Shown here: in pieces, positions 1-12,787 of the stretch | Layout of the letters: each line of letters starts with the position of its first letter | Position numbering within the stretch: position 1 is the first letter of the stretch | Origin: Takakia lepidozioides | Taxonomy: Eukaryota > Plantae > Bryophyta | Direction of reading: 5' to 3' | NCBI GenBank assembly: GCA_030704615.1 | Contig: CM060731.1 | Span: forward strand, 40,734,001 to 40,798,000 | DNA length: 64,000 bases | Notes under the pieces: model-generated | What the model saw: the letters and a program-made list of their open reading frames with translations, nothing else | What the model was told of the DNA's origin: nothing | Databases searched by the model: none | Translations under genes and position numbers: made by a program

Positions 1-3000
1 GGACAAATCAATAAAGTCCGCCTCCTTCTCGTGAGTGGTCTCAGATCATGAAATTTATCATTGTGATCAACGCCCATGGGAGGTGGATGCCCAAACAAGG
101 CAATTGAGCAAGAGTGTGTTTGCCAACAACCTCTTTGTGTACAGCACACTAATTGAAAAACGTTTTTACTTTTGGGATCCTCCAAATCCCAAGGACCCCA
201 ATGGAAGTATGGATGTATCACAAAAAATGAACGAAGGCTGCAACACCACAAAGCATGGGAGTACTGGATCTTCATAAACGGTAAACTTAAGTTCTCAAAT
301 GACTCTCATAGCACAAATTGCATAACTGAGCAATCCAAGAAGGATACCATTCCATACAAGGCCACACTTAATCTTCTCCTCAAGTTTCAGATTATGGACA
401 ATGACATTTTCCGTCCACGAAAGCCCACTGACAAGCCAACACGATTACGGAATTGAGGAGTATCAGACGGCTCCCTTTCCTATAACAGCCCAACACGACG
501 CAAAAGAACCCACAATTGCAGTGGGACGTGTGTATAGTGCCTATTGTAAGGGTGATTTTGTAGATTGCCAGATGGGCACTTCTCGGATGTGCAAGGCCGA
601 GAGAGATGAAGTGATCAAGCAGCAAGTGTGAAGTGTGGAGATAGGGACCCGTCCAAGCATCCAAACCAGAAGCAAGTGTACGGAGCCGTTTGTGAAGAAG
701 CTATGGCCAGGGTTTAGGGTTTTGTGAGATTGAGAGAGAGGGGAGATGGGGATGCGGAATTAATATTGGGTGTGAACTGAGGGTGTCAGATTATCGGTAG
801 CTCTTGGGGATGCTTAAATGCAGGCAGTACAAGGTGGAGGAAGCAAGATGTTGGTGGTATTCATGCTGGATACTAGTGCGTCTATGAACCAGCGCTGTGC
901 CAATGGTCTGTCGCTGTTGGATTGTGGCACCTGTGCATATGGGTTGATATGGGGATGTGATTTGTTCTGATGTATGCAATCAGGAATTCTGGACCAGCAT
1001 GGCAGTGACGTCTGTATGTCATTGAGAACTATGTGCTGGGCCTTCTTTCCACCATCCACTTTTCTCATCACTAAATTTCTGTCGGGAGAAGTGTTTACTT
1101 TTCTTACTAACAAGGCTGGGGACTGTGCATCTGTGGGAAAACTGAATAAGCGATTTTGGAACAGTAGAGCTGCTGGCACGTTATAGGCACCTGGGAGTAG
1201 TTGTAGCAAACTTAATCAAACACACAGAAAGGAGTGAATTGACAAATCTTTGATAATTATAGAGATGTTCTCTGGAGACAGATGCATACTCTCAAGGCAC
1301 TCTGTCAATGTTCTTATAACAAAACTTATGCAATGGTGCATGGTTACCATCACATCCCAATCAAGTGGGAGTCAATGAGCTCTGTTTTAGTTAGTGTGGA
1401 ATGGGTCTGCTGCTCCACATTGTCTGGAGTAGGGCTGTTAGCTACCTGGTATGCACTGTGTGGATTATTCCTGATGGGAAAGCAAGGGGACATGAAATAG
1501 GATTCCCTCGGTGAGTGCAGCGGTGCTGGAGAGAAGTGGGCCCATACCTCAGAACGCCCCCATTTCTGGTGCACAGTCTGCAGTGGCCATGGACTCCAAC
1601 ATATCAGCCTTCTGTGAGTTTACAGGGTGAGTGGATATTTCAGTACACCTTGTGGATCAGAATTCCTGAGCATGCATACAGATATGTGTTGCTTGAGACA
1701 GCTGGACCAGACTTGGTATAAATAGATGGTCTCGGTAGTGTTGTGGATGTCTGGACCTGGCATTTGGATTGTATCGTCATAGGTTGCACTGAAAGTTCCT
1801 TGTTACATTGGGTAGCTGTTTGATATCGTAGGCTTTTGTGAACAATTAGAGAAAGGACTGAGGAGGTTGGGGGGCAGAGGCAAGTGTTTTGTAGCGACAA
1901 GCTGGAAGGTGCTAATGCAGCATACGGATGTGCAGCCCGACTGCCACCCTGTGTTATTGTCTCCTTTGAGCACATGCCCTTACCTGGCTCCACCACTCTT
2001 CCACCGCAGGTGCAGTTCATCCTTTCGATCATTGCTAGACATGTTTTAAGCTTACACAAGACAACCAAACAATCAGGGCATGGGCCTAATTGTCAGATTT
2101 CTCACAGTAAAGGGACACCCAACATGCTTTACCTGACACAATTTGACTGAGCTACCCTATGTTTGTTGCTTCCTATCAGAGGGAGCGTTGGGGCGACTTA
2201 GGGGCTGTTAATAGTGCTTGATGGGTGAATGGGCATCAAACAAAGTCAACCCAAGTTAGATGACAAAGTCACGATTGATAAATGTTTGCAATTTGTAGTC
2301 AAGAAAATGTTTGGGGAAACTCAGATGGTGGGTGATCTGGGCAGGTCCATGCAGCATGCCAACGCAAGATGTTGCTAGTACGGGGAGGCCAGGCCCAGGG
2401 CCAAGGGCACTGGCCCATTCCTGAGACGTATTGGCCAGACCCTTCACATCCAGGCATTTCTCCAAGAGAACCACATCCCATCATTGCATACAAGGCTGTG
2501 GGTGAAGATCCCTACATCCCAAACAACTTCATTTTTGACAAATATGAGGTACCCCTTTCATTGCATGTGCATTCCTGCCCATTTGTAAGTCAATGTTGAT
2601 TCCATGTTGTAAACTTTGGGTTGTAGGAGCTGTGTGTTTTTCCCAAGAGGGTAAGCAAAGGCACCAATCATGGCTTTGGTGATCCTTTCGGGTGAGTGAT
2701 ACTGTGCTTTTTCTCGAATGGATCCAGAAGCTCTTTTACAGCTGGATGGTGCAGCCCTCCTTTTCCCAGTTGCCAGGTCACACATGTTAGAACTATTGAA
2801 AAGAACCGTAGCAAAATGTATTGTTGTGGGCATCCCTTCAATCAAGGAGGGATCTTCCCATGTGCATTTGGGCATGTCTCCTCTGTAGACTCACTGAGTG
2901 CTCCCTGTCAATTTAGGCTACTGACATCCCTTGTGGGCATAATCCCTGCGAACACTCAGTGTCCCAGTGCCGGTTGCATGGTTCAGCCCACCAGACTGAT

Positions 3001-5334
3001 GTAAACTCAACCCAAATATGCCATAGTGGTCTGGCTGACAAGACAAGGGCTACCTGAATGGACTATCTTTGTCATATGTGCTGAATGAACCTCATACCAC
3101 AAATTATGAGGTTGATTCCAGCCCTTCTGTTAAAGCTGTCTAGTGCAGTAATATGAATGTTTTCTAGATAGAAGAGAAAGACTGGGGAACAGAATGTCAG
3201 CAAAGATCCTAGACATGAAGGTCGGTTTTTGGCCAATGTGTGCAAGCCATCGATACGGTAGCCCGGAAGACCTTCACCTCTGTTGATGTGCCGAGCGGAG
3301 ACAGTTTGAAGTCCTGTGCATTTGCGCCTAACTACAAGTCGACCTTGAGTCATTCCATCTCCAGGAGTGCTATCGCACAAATTATGTCTGGACAACTTAC
3401 ATTACCTCGGTCCAACACTGATTATGCCAACCGCGCACACGGTCGCTATTTTGGGGCACGGCCCATGATCCCTTCCTGGACGATGTTCAAGCCCCACAGA
3501 AGCCAAGCAGCGACTCTCACATTGAAAAGACATGTACGAATGCATATGTGGTACCCACGTACCTACATACTAGAATCTCTCATGCAGATAACTGCTGGAC
3601 TGGAAGCTACAACACAAACGTCCGATCATATTTTGGACAAAACTTTTCGGAAATATATTGTTGGGACACCAATTGGTTTTGGAATCACTTTGTTCTTCAC
3701 TGCTAGGCAACAGCCTCTAGAGAGCTAAAATCTCTTGCTCTGTTGTCAGGTAGATCACTCTGGTCAAGATCAAAGCAGGACACAAATACACAGTAAGATC
3801 ATTGTGGACTGGAGACCTGTGGCAAAGGTGTCCTGAATCCTGATAAGCACCAGAAAGCACACCTGCATATGAAGGCTTGGACAAGTACAGTTAAGTAGTG
3901 CTGACCAATTAGGGATGCAAACTTGGGTTGATATTCCGTAATGGGGCTAGAGTGTGAATTGCATGCATACAATAATTCTCATAGACGGACAAAATTTTGC
4001 ATGTGCTAATGGAGGAAAAAATGTGATCGACCATGTCTACACACTCAGATTAGCACTCTGTTGTGGAACCATAACCGTACCTCACCTGTGGGTTGGCCTT
4101 TCGTCAATCTTATCACTCACAGAAGCAGGACTCTGATCAGGTAAGGTTGTTAACAAAGGTCCAGTTTAGACTGTGCATTGATACATCCTACCAGCTACAC
4201 TTTGTCCACCAAAATGCTAAGAGCAATTGCACTATCAACTACACCTCCTGCAAATCCTCGGTTTCATGCACCCTTAGTAGCTAAACACTCACCCATCCCC
4301 GCTTGGTCCATCAAAAGCAGACAAGATCTTCAGATTTGCTGACGATCCATTAGAGTTGTGTAAATGCAGCCTGTTGTATCAGGCATGCTTGCAACAACCA
4401 GCAGGGCTCATTCCACAATTCATGACAAGACGGCGTGCAACACGAAATAAGGCCAGGCAGAAGTTGGCAAACCCCTCTCCCCTCATTGCCCTTCCAACAA
4501 TGGACTGTAAAACCTATACAATAGGGTTTACGCAGGCTTCAGGACACCCAAATAGTACAGTTGGCCATGACACCGCTCTCCAAACCACTTGAAAAGATAT
4601 ACACACTTGCACATCCAAAAACATAGCTTTACTTCATCTCTGGATTCAGCCGGCAACATTCAATGTTGTGCACTATACACCAAGATCCTCTACATGTGCC
4701 CCAACTAGTGCATTCTTCCATTTTTCTATATGGTCCAAATTTTGGTGGCGACAAGGCGTTGATATGAGCAAGCCCTTGAGTTGCGCATGCCAATGCCCTT
4801 CCTTCAAATCATTTTGTCCCTGAAACTCCAGTGTAATAGAAGCCAGACTTAGTATCCTATGGCCTGAGCCACATGAGTAGTGAGGCAAGAGGCAGCATTC
4901 CTCCTTAATGTCAGGCACAACAGACTCTTGGGGGCATGTTTCCATGCAAAAATTAATCTCAAGTGACTATGGTCGCCACCACGTAGAGTATCAGACTGCG
5001 AGAAGCTCATCTGCTGGAGGGTAGTCACCAGTGGTTCATTCTATTGTTGCTTGGGGAGCTCTATTATCCTGAGATTGCCAGCCTTGAAAATAGCTCACCA
5101 ACATCCAGTTACAGAACTGAAGAGCTCTGATTTACAGAGGTAATTTGCAGGCTGCCTTGATATACATACCATAAAACAAAATATCAATTTGGGCAAAGCT
5201 ACTGTAGCTTTTGTCCAAGTCGAGCTGCAAAGCATCTGGAATATAACCTATGATGTACCCTTCTAGTATGGACCGTGGAGCATACTGACCTCTTGCACTT
5301 ATCCTGGCATAATTTACATATTAAATGTTGTAAG

Positions 5335-6610
5335 TTAGCTCGTTGGGTGGATGTGGGGTGGTTTGGAGTGACTTTGACAATGCTGATGTGGCAGCAGGAA
5401 AGTACCCAGAATCAGATAACAAGATGAAGAGAAGCTTTGGGATGAACACCTTCCGACCCCAGTCAGTGGGGGGACAATGGAGACAAAAAGGTGAGTGCTT
5501 GTTCGACTACAGAAAGAAGCAATTGCAATTCAGAATTGGAACTACTGTTAAGTCCTAGGTTGGGGTGTTTTCTGGAAGAACTTCACGCCGTCACTGTCAG
5601 CTGCTAGTAGCAAGGCTCAGGGATGTATTCATGATCTGTACACGGGCAGGGATAGCTGAGGGACCAGGGATAGAGGTCCAGATTCATGTTCAGCTTCACG
5701 CTGAGGGATCAATAGCTACAAGAAATCAGCTGGAGTAGATGGTCAATTGTTGCAAGTGGAAACAGTAGCGGCAGCACAATTGATAGAATGAGGTGCTGCT
5801 AATGAAGGCACCTTCTTCAACACATTTCAGACTGTTTTTCCAAATAGGGTTGGGGTGTAAGAACAAATCTAGGCTGTCATCATCAGCTGCGAGCAGCAAG
5901 GCAATGATATATGCATGATTTGTGCAGAGGCATGGATAGTTGAAGGAGCAGGGATAGAGTGTGGGTGCAAATTCACCCAAGAGGACCGGGCTTCAAGCTC
6001 CAGATTGACTCTATAGCTACAACAAACCTGGGTAGATGGTCAACTGGCAGCAGCGACACAATTTATAAAATCAGACACTGCTAATGAAGGCATCTTCTTC
6101 AACACATTTCGCCTTGTTTTTCCCTCTTATCAGAATCGGCCCTAAATTTCCATGTTGAATTCTGCAAGTTAGCTGGTTGAGTGAATCTAGTTTGGAGTGA
6201 CTTTGACATGATACTGCCAATGTGACAACATGAAAGTATCAAAAAACAAGTAACAAAGATGAGGAGAAGTTGTGGAATGAATACTGTTCTGCCCCAGTCA
6301 ATGATGGGACAACCGAGGCAAAAAAGTGAATGCCTGTTACATTTCATAGACTAGTAGACGCATTCAGCATAGGAACTAGTGTCAGAAGCTGAGTTGAATG
6401 TTTCCTAGAATAAATCTAGGCTGTCATTGTCAGCTACTAGCAGCAAGGCAAGGATGAATGCATGATTTGTGCAAAGACATGTGTAGCTGAAGGAGCAAAG
6501 AGAGTGTGGGTCCAGATTCATCCAAGAGGGCCAGATTTCAAGCAAAGGATTACCTATGATTCCTTGTGAATCAATAGCTACAAGAAACATGCATGGGTAG
6601 ATGGTCTATT
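5335..6610. repeat. Degenerate local tandem duplications (three ~170-bp related units plus two ~220-bp related units)
   Basis: The unit gtca..tcagct..(t/g)agcagcaagg...atgatttgtgca...atagctacaa...gtagatggtc recurs at ~5591, ~5876 and ~6423; ~5335-5560 is similar to ~6165-6400. Confidence 0.75.
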
Positions 6611-7481
6611 CCATGGGACTCAAGCTGTCACTGAGTCTTGCATTATGAGGATCACAATTGCTTGGCAGCTTACCTGCACGAGGGCTTGACCCTTAGGCAA
6701 TCCCCAGAGCAGTAGTAGCTTTGGGCTGCTTTTTTACTTCGGTTTTTTCATTTTGTATCATAAGCTCTTTGAGCTTTCCGCAGATGTAATAAAGTACCAT
6801 TTGTTTCATTTCATTTCATTTTCATTTCGTTTTGTTTCATGGCATGTCTTTCATTGTTTTCGCATTTCTAATGACATGATTAGTTCTCTTGTATGGCATT
6901 ACATACGTATGTACTAGTCGGCTCATTACAAACACCAAAACTTCAAAACACTATGAGTGATTGTTCAAGTAATTTTGAGCACTTCATTTAAAGTAGTAAA
7001 GCAGTGGTTGCGCCGACTTCCTCAGTCGCAGTTGCCACTGGGCATGTAGCACTGCAAGTTATGTGGTCGACTACCACGTGGCAACAGTGCTGCTCGTCGT
7101 GGCGCCGCCACGTCGGCGTCCACATCGTCGTCCACGTCCGCGTCCATGTGTCACCGCGCTATGGTGAGTCAGTCCACTCATCCGGAGGGAAAAGTCAAAG
7201 TCAGCCCAAAAGGTCAGACACACGGGCGGCCTGCCTGGTTACGCCACGTGGTTTTTCAGCATTAATTGCAATAATCGCTGAGCAGTTGTTCGCGCGTCTA
7301 CGTCATTTACCACTCCAATCATTGGAAGTCTGACCCAACTTCCCCGTCTGTTGTAACTAGACGTTTGTAACTTCCAGTCGATCCCGGTTTTTTTACTTTT
7401 ACGACTTAAAATGAATCGTTACCCCAGTGGAAAATGACACGAAAGCTTCTAATGTTATATGTTCTACATACCATCTGATAA

Positions 7482-7790
7482 GTCTTGGACAAGTATGACA
7501 TGAATCAAAATTGATTCAAAGGGCGAACAAATGGTTGTGTATCCAAATGCATTTTACTTGTTTTCAAACTTTGGACAAATATGGCGTGAATCAAAAATTG
7601 ATTGAAAATGCGAACAAATGGTTTCCCATCCAAATGATTTTTTGTTTGTTTCCAAATTTTGTCAGCATGTTGAATATACCATATGCTAGGTCCTGGACAA
7701 GTATGGCAAAAATCGAAATTGATTAAAAGGGCAAACCATTGGTTCCCCATCAAAATGATTTTTGTTTATTTTCAAAGTTTGCTAGCATAT
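7482..7790. repeat. Three diverged ~90-115-bp tandem units (possible TE subterminal repeats)
   Basis: tggacaa(g/a)tatg...aaattgatt...gcgaacaaatggtt...atccaaatg..tttt recurs at ~7485, ~7571 and ~7693. Confidence 0.75.
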
Positions 7791-8935
7791 TCTCCCAAGA
7801 GCATTGACAATCCGAGTCTCATTCACCTTGGTGGGAGTGCGTTGTCTCTTCACTTTTTCCGGATCGCTGTCTGCAATGGCTGGGTCTGAGGAACTGGAAA
7901 TGGGTGGGGCGGGACACCTGTGCGTTGCACCATTTGAAATCCCGCTGTAGTAAGAGCATCCGCCTCATTCTGAGAGAGGTTGCAACCCGGTGCAACAGGC
8001 CAGACGATGGGAGGCTCCGGCATTCCTTAAATCCCGTACTTGGGCTTGCCAAACACACAACTCATTATGTCATGCCTACCAAACCAAAACACCTGTGTTG
8101 TGGCTGCAGCAAATCTGGCAGTGAGAAATCCGCCATTGAAACAAGGTGCAGGTACTAAATAATTATATTAATAGGAGGCTAATGGGACATATTAGAACAA
8201 CAAGAGAATCAAGAGGTCGTATCGAATCTCAACATTGGTTTTGCCTTTTGCAGGTGAGCTACTAAACACTTTGGGTCTGCATAGCTGTGACCACCACCAA
8301 GAACAATTTTTTGAAAGACACCATTGACTCTTTTTTGTTAGAGAGAAATACAAAATAAAGATGCTTATAATGCCCACATGAAGCTCAGAACGTATCGGAC
8401 AAAGAGTGAAGAAAGATACATCGGCCCCAAGAACATCGGCCCCAAGAACTTGGCCCAACACAATACTACTAAACTTAAAGTGATTGTCAAGTTGGACAGC
8501 CTCGTGCAGATAAGCAAGAGAGACAACCCCACCTAGGTGTACAAGATGTGTTTCCATAGTCTCATGCACAGCCAACAATGATTTGGTTACCTGAAATTAG
8601 TGTTGAGTTCTATGTTGACTTGAAAATATAGGTCAATTCCATCTCTGCCCCTTTAATCATGCACCACTGGAATATTGAAGGAATTGCCAAACTTCTTTTA
8701 CAATCAAACACCAAGTCATCATATGTAGTTTGCAACATTGATGCTTGATGGTGTGGTTGGGTGCAGGGTTTGCTGCCCTGGAGAGTAAGCACTACCAAAG
8801 GTGGCTACATAGGTATGGTTGATGTAGTTGTTTGGATTAGGCCTCTTCCTTGCTCCATTTTAGAGCTGTTGTGGGGGGGGGTGGTTTGTGAATTTACGGG
8901 CATGTATTCCTGGCTTCCTTAGATGAATGTATTGG

Positions 8936-9174
8936 ACCAATAGTCAGTAGCTCAGTTGGTAAAAGTGCACTGAGTGCCATCCGGATGACCCTGGGGTCGA
9001 ATCCTGCGACTTGACGGATGTGGTACGCTCTTCTCCCCCTTCCCTGCGGAGTGTCGCATCAGAAAGCCTTACGGCGAGATTACTGAGAGGTTATTTTCTC
9101 CTCTCTCTATCAAGGGGCCTGATTTGTGAGCTGTCGCTCCCGGGTGTTTCTATAAAAAAAAAAAAAAAAAAAAA
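8936..9174 (+). mobile_element. tRNA-derived SINE, family A, copy 1
   Basis: Pol III A box (gtagctcagttgg), B box (ggtcgaatcc), ~23-nt poly(A) tail, TSD aatgtattgg at 8926-8935 and 9175-9184; a closely related copy lies at 19570-19807. Confidence 0.9.
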
Positions 9175-10965
9175 AATGTATTGGTAGAATAGATTATTAT
9201 CCCAATTGTTTATATATGGACAAAAGGTGGTTGTTGGGTGAATATGTTTGCTCCCTATTACTATGCCTAAGAGCATCACCACCCTTGAGCCCGAAAAACT
9301 TCCTCCTTGTAACGCCAAAGATATAGTCCTCTATTCGGGGCCTCTTGGGTTCTGTGGTGCGGCAGCCCGACTTGTGCACACCCTTGTCCCTGAATCGCCC
9401 ACGCTATCCCTGCGCACCTCGCCTCTCATTGGCAGGAAGGGGCGAGGTTTCCGCCAATATGCTCTCAGGCACGCGCTTGGTCATGTTGACTTGGATTCAG
9501 GGGCGTATTCTGTGCACTGAACATTGCGCTCAGGTCCAGTGCACGGAACGATATTCGGTGCCCGCTTGTTAAGTCCTTGGGGGAGGAAGAGGCACTATAA
9601 TTTACGTTTTCTCTTTTTAAACAACTGAGGGAGGTGTTACCTGGAGAAGGCACATCATGGAAATAGTTTTCAACAAAGGAGAGGGGGTGACACCTGAGGA
9701 AGGCACAACAGGGACTTAGCGATTTTTGACACCTGTGTGCATAGACTCTTCTGAATAAAGAAGAGCCAAATAAACAGCAGGGGAAGATCCATCAGCAGAG
9801 AAGCACGAATGCATGTTGTGTGCTTAGGGAGGGGCCAATAAGTTAAACCTTGTGTAGAATTGTAAAGCGGACAAGATGTTCAACTCAGGCTGAATAAAGT
9901 AGCAAGCTCAATCTGTGGCATGACAAACTTGGCCTTGGAACCTTCTCCTTCAATATCTAAACATGGACCTTGACCCAGAAAAATAATTATATAAACACAC
10001 CATTCCCCTAGCATACACCAGCATATCACACTCAAATTCGTCAGTGACTCCTCTCGAGTAGAGATTAGTATCACGGAAACACCGAGTAAGCAATCTGTTA
10101 TTTGGCCATCACGCGTCTAGAATTCCCTCGTGAACGCGTTCCTTCGCTCTACCGAAACACTGAGAGAGCGGCTTGTGGATTCGTCCCATGAATCCATGAT
10201 ATTCTATGCGAGACTAGTCAACGTCTCGATTCAGGAAGCCTATTTTTATGACGAGCTTTATTGCCAAACAAGTGGACCTTGTCTTTTTTCGGGGAAGTTC
10301 CAGTTGCTCCTGATCTGGCGTTGCGCCAAGTTCCAACTTTGTCACCCGAAGATCGACTCCGACCCGCAGGATTGCTGAATCGATGATGCGGAGCAGTTGA
10401 GTACATGGTGATGATGTTTGCATGGTAATAAAAGTAGACAGGATTGGAAATAGCAGCAGCATAAAGCAAGTCCAACGCAAGCGAAGGGTGAGGTGGTCGG
10501 TGGTCACATGTGCAGTCTTGCCATGAATGAGCTGACACACAGACGCGTATCAAGTACAACCCACATCAGATCAGTGCTGTTCTAACTTACCCTGCAGATG
10601 CTCAGGAATCTAATCCTGTGTACAGTGTACAGTCGACAGGACTCTGGGTGGGTGGTGGGGTCGGTGGATGGGTTGGAAGTTCGAACTTGGGAGGGATCTC
10701 ACACGAAAACAATGGAAGGATTGTTTCCGTGTGACATTGTTTTTTTTTTATCCTGTGCAATCCAAGAATGTGAGCAAGAATGCGTGTTGGGCAATTTGCA
10801 GAGCCGGGGTTGTGGCACATTGGTTGACTGTGGGGATGATGTATGTGCTCATGATTGGAAAATTTCAGATTTAGGAAATGATGAGAGAGAGGATGCACAT
10901 GTGGGGCATGCAGCATGCGAAATGAGTGAAGACGCGTAAGAGATCGCCGAGAAAGACTCGGCTGC

Positions 10966-10975
10966 CATATAAATT
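10966..10975 (+). promoter_or_regulatory. Putative TATA box of the ASR gene
   Basis: catataaatt ~100 nt upstream of the ATG at 11073, followed by a pyrimidine-rich leader. Confidence 0.5.
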
Positions 10976-11072
10976 TGGCATCTGGCCTCAACACCGGCTG
11001 AGAGCGCAGTGAAGCTAGAGTAATCGTTGTTTGCCTCCTGCATTTGGGTGTTGTTCATCTCTTCTCTTCACA

Positions 11073-12213
11073 ATGTCTGAGCATCACGGCCACCACCACC
11101 GGGAGGAGGAAAGGTTTGAAAGGAGTGAGGAGGGCCATCACCATAAGCATGGGTCGCCCGAAAGGCGTGAGGAGGGCCATCACCATAAGCATGGGTCGCC
11201 CGAAAGGCGTGAGGAGGGTCATCACCATAAGCATGAGTCGGGCTATGGTGGCGGCTACAGACAGGAAGAAGGGAGATACCAGGAAGAAGGGAGATACCAG
11301 GGCCAGAATCGCTATGGCAATGAAGGTACTGTGGTTGTAGAGACCACGGAAGCGTCAGAGGCGAGGGTAAGGATTGATGGCATTGAGAAGTCTCGCAGGG
11401 AGGAGACGACTTACAAGAGAGAAGAGGCAGCAGGAGTCGTGGGTGCTTTGGCAGCCGGTGCATTTGGGCTGGTGAGTTCGACTCTACCGAGTTTGTATTT
11501 TGTATTGCATTGAGGAGGGTGCTCTTTTGGCCAGGGAGAATGAGATATGCTTCTGTCATTGAGGCGCGTTCTGCTTTCAATCTTCTGCACTGTGTATCAC
11601 GTCTATGTGGTTCCCTCTAGCTTCTGATTGACGGTGCTACCCTTCTAACATATTTTTACTCCTTTCAACCGACATTGAACTGATTTGCTGCTTGGCTTGT
11701 CGGCTCTGGTCATAGTTTTGGTTGAAAAACAACCATGTGTTCAACCTGGTTGCTTTTCACCAACAAATGGTTGTCGTCTCTGGTCATAGGGTGTTAATGC
11801 TTACATGTACTACATCTCATCTCTCACAGTTCAAAAATAGCTAGAGGAACTCAGCTCCTTGCTTGTAAACGAGAATGCACCTGGCCTGCGCCACAATGGA
11901 GTAGAAAGTCCATGCATCTGGAAATAGTTCCCTGCCTCGGTACGCTTTTTGATATTTGCTCTGTTTTAGGGGTCGCTATTTTCACGCCTGTGGTAACATT
12001 TGTGTTCGGTGTGTTTGGCAGTATGAGCGCAGTCAGATAGCAAAGGATCCTTCGAACGCTCGCAGGCATACCATCGAGGCAGAAGTTGCTGCTGGACTGG
12101 CTGTTGGATCAGCTGGCCTTGGCATCTATGGACACCACCAGAAGGAGGGAGCGGAGCAGCGACGGGAACAGTTCGAGGATCCTGGCAAAGAGAAGAAGCA
12201 CGGCTGGTTTTAA
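11073..12213 (+). CDS. ASR: ASR (abscisic acid/stress/ripening; ABA/WDS domain) protein, ~196 aa; exons 11073-11471 and 12022-12213
   Basis: Spliced frame (ctg|gtgagt ... ggcag|tat) gives EEAAGVVGALAAGAFGL|YERSQIAKDPSNARRHTIEAEVAAGLAVGSAGLGIYGHHQKE...KKHGWF, matching the ABA/WDS pattern and the typical single ASR intron position; His/Glu-rich N-terminal repeats. Confidence 0.9.
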
Positions 12214-12787
12214 GAGTCCTGGGACTGTGTGACTGACTAATGGTGTCAACAGACTAATTTGTTGTCACTGACTCCGTGTAATTACTGTCCATGGCCATCG
12301 TTGTTTAGAAGAAAGATCATGAGGTTGCGAGTTGCGAGGTTGTAGGGTGTAGATCGTTGGCTCTGAAAACGAGCATGTACCCACTCTGTCTTGATCATTG
12401 ATCGTTTTTGGACATTGTATCTTCTGAGGAAGTGAAATGGAAAAGCTGCTTTGTGTGAAAATCATCTGATCCGAAACGTCCTTCGTCTGCCTTTGGCGAA
12501 TGCTTTTGCACACATGTGCCTTTGCCTCAAAAACTGTTGTCGAAAGTGCTTATTTGTTTGTCTGAGGTGGGCTCTAGTCAAGCTGCCATTTCTCTGTCTA
12601 TCTTTTGATGGAGTCCAAAGGTTTTAGCACTCAGAAGCGCATAGCAGGATTCTACGCAGGATTGTACACTGCCACTTACCTCGGTATCCTCATTTTCTAT
12701 CATATCCAAACTATTAATTGTACACACATGGGAGCATGCTACAACTGGAGTGAAAAGTTGAACAGATGGCTTAACTAAGATGCATGC

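Noticed and set aside
5870-6520. NB-ARC MHD motif (MHDLCRGM, MHDLCKDM) in the repeated units
   Set aside because: Flanked by stops, with no P-loop, kinase-2 or GLPL motifs nearby; too short to support.
7006-7340. MITE or G-box-rich enhancer
   Set aside because: Only a weak ~15-bp imperfect inverted repeat, no TSD, and no adjacent gene start; insufficient support.
7482-7790. CRISPR-like repeat array (also 19090-20060 and 51835-53165)
   Set aside because: Eukaryotic context; whole units are diverged copies without unique spacers; no cas genes.
8940-9010. tRNA gene (also 19735-19800, 40746-40812, 45005-45060, 62840-62900)
   Set aside because: A/B boxes are present, but there is no proper cloverleaf acceptor stem; each continues into a shared body with a tail (TSDs seen for family A), so these are SINE heads.
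11068-11580. 170-aa minus-strand ORF (similarly 63620-64000 +)
   Set aside because: Antisense shadow of a real coding exon.
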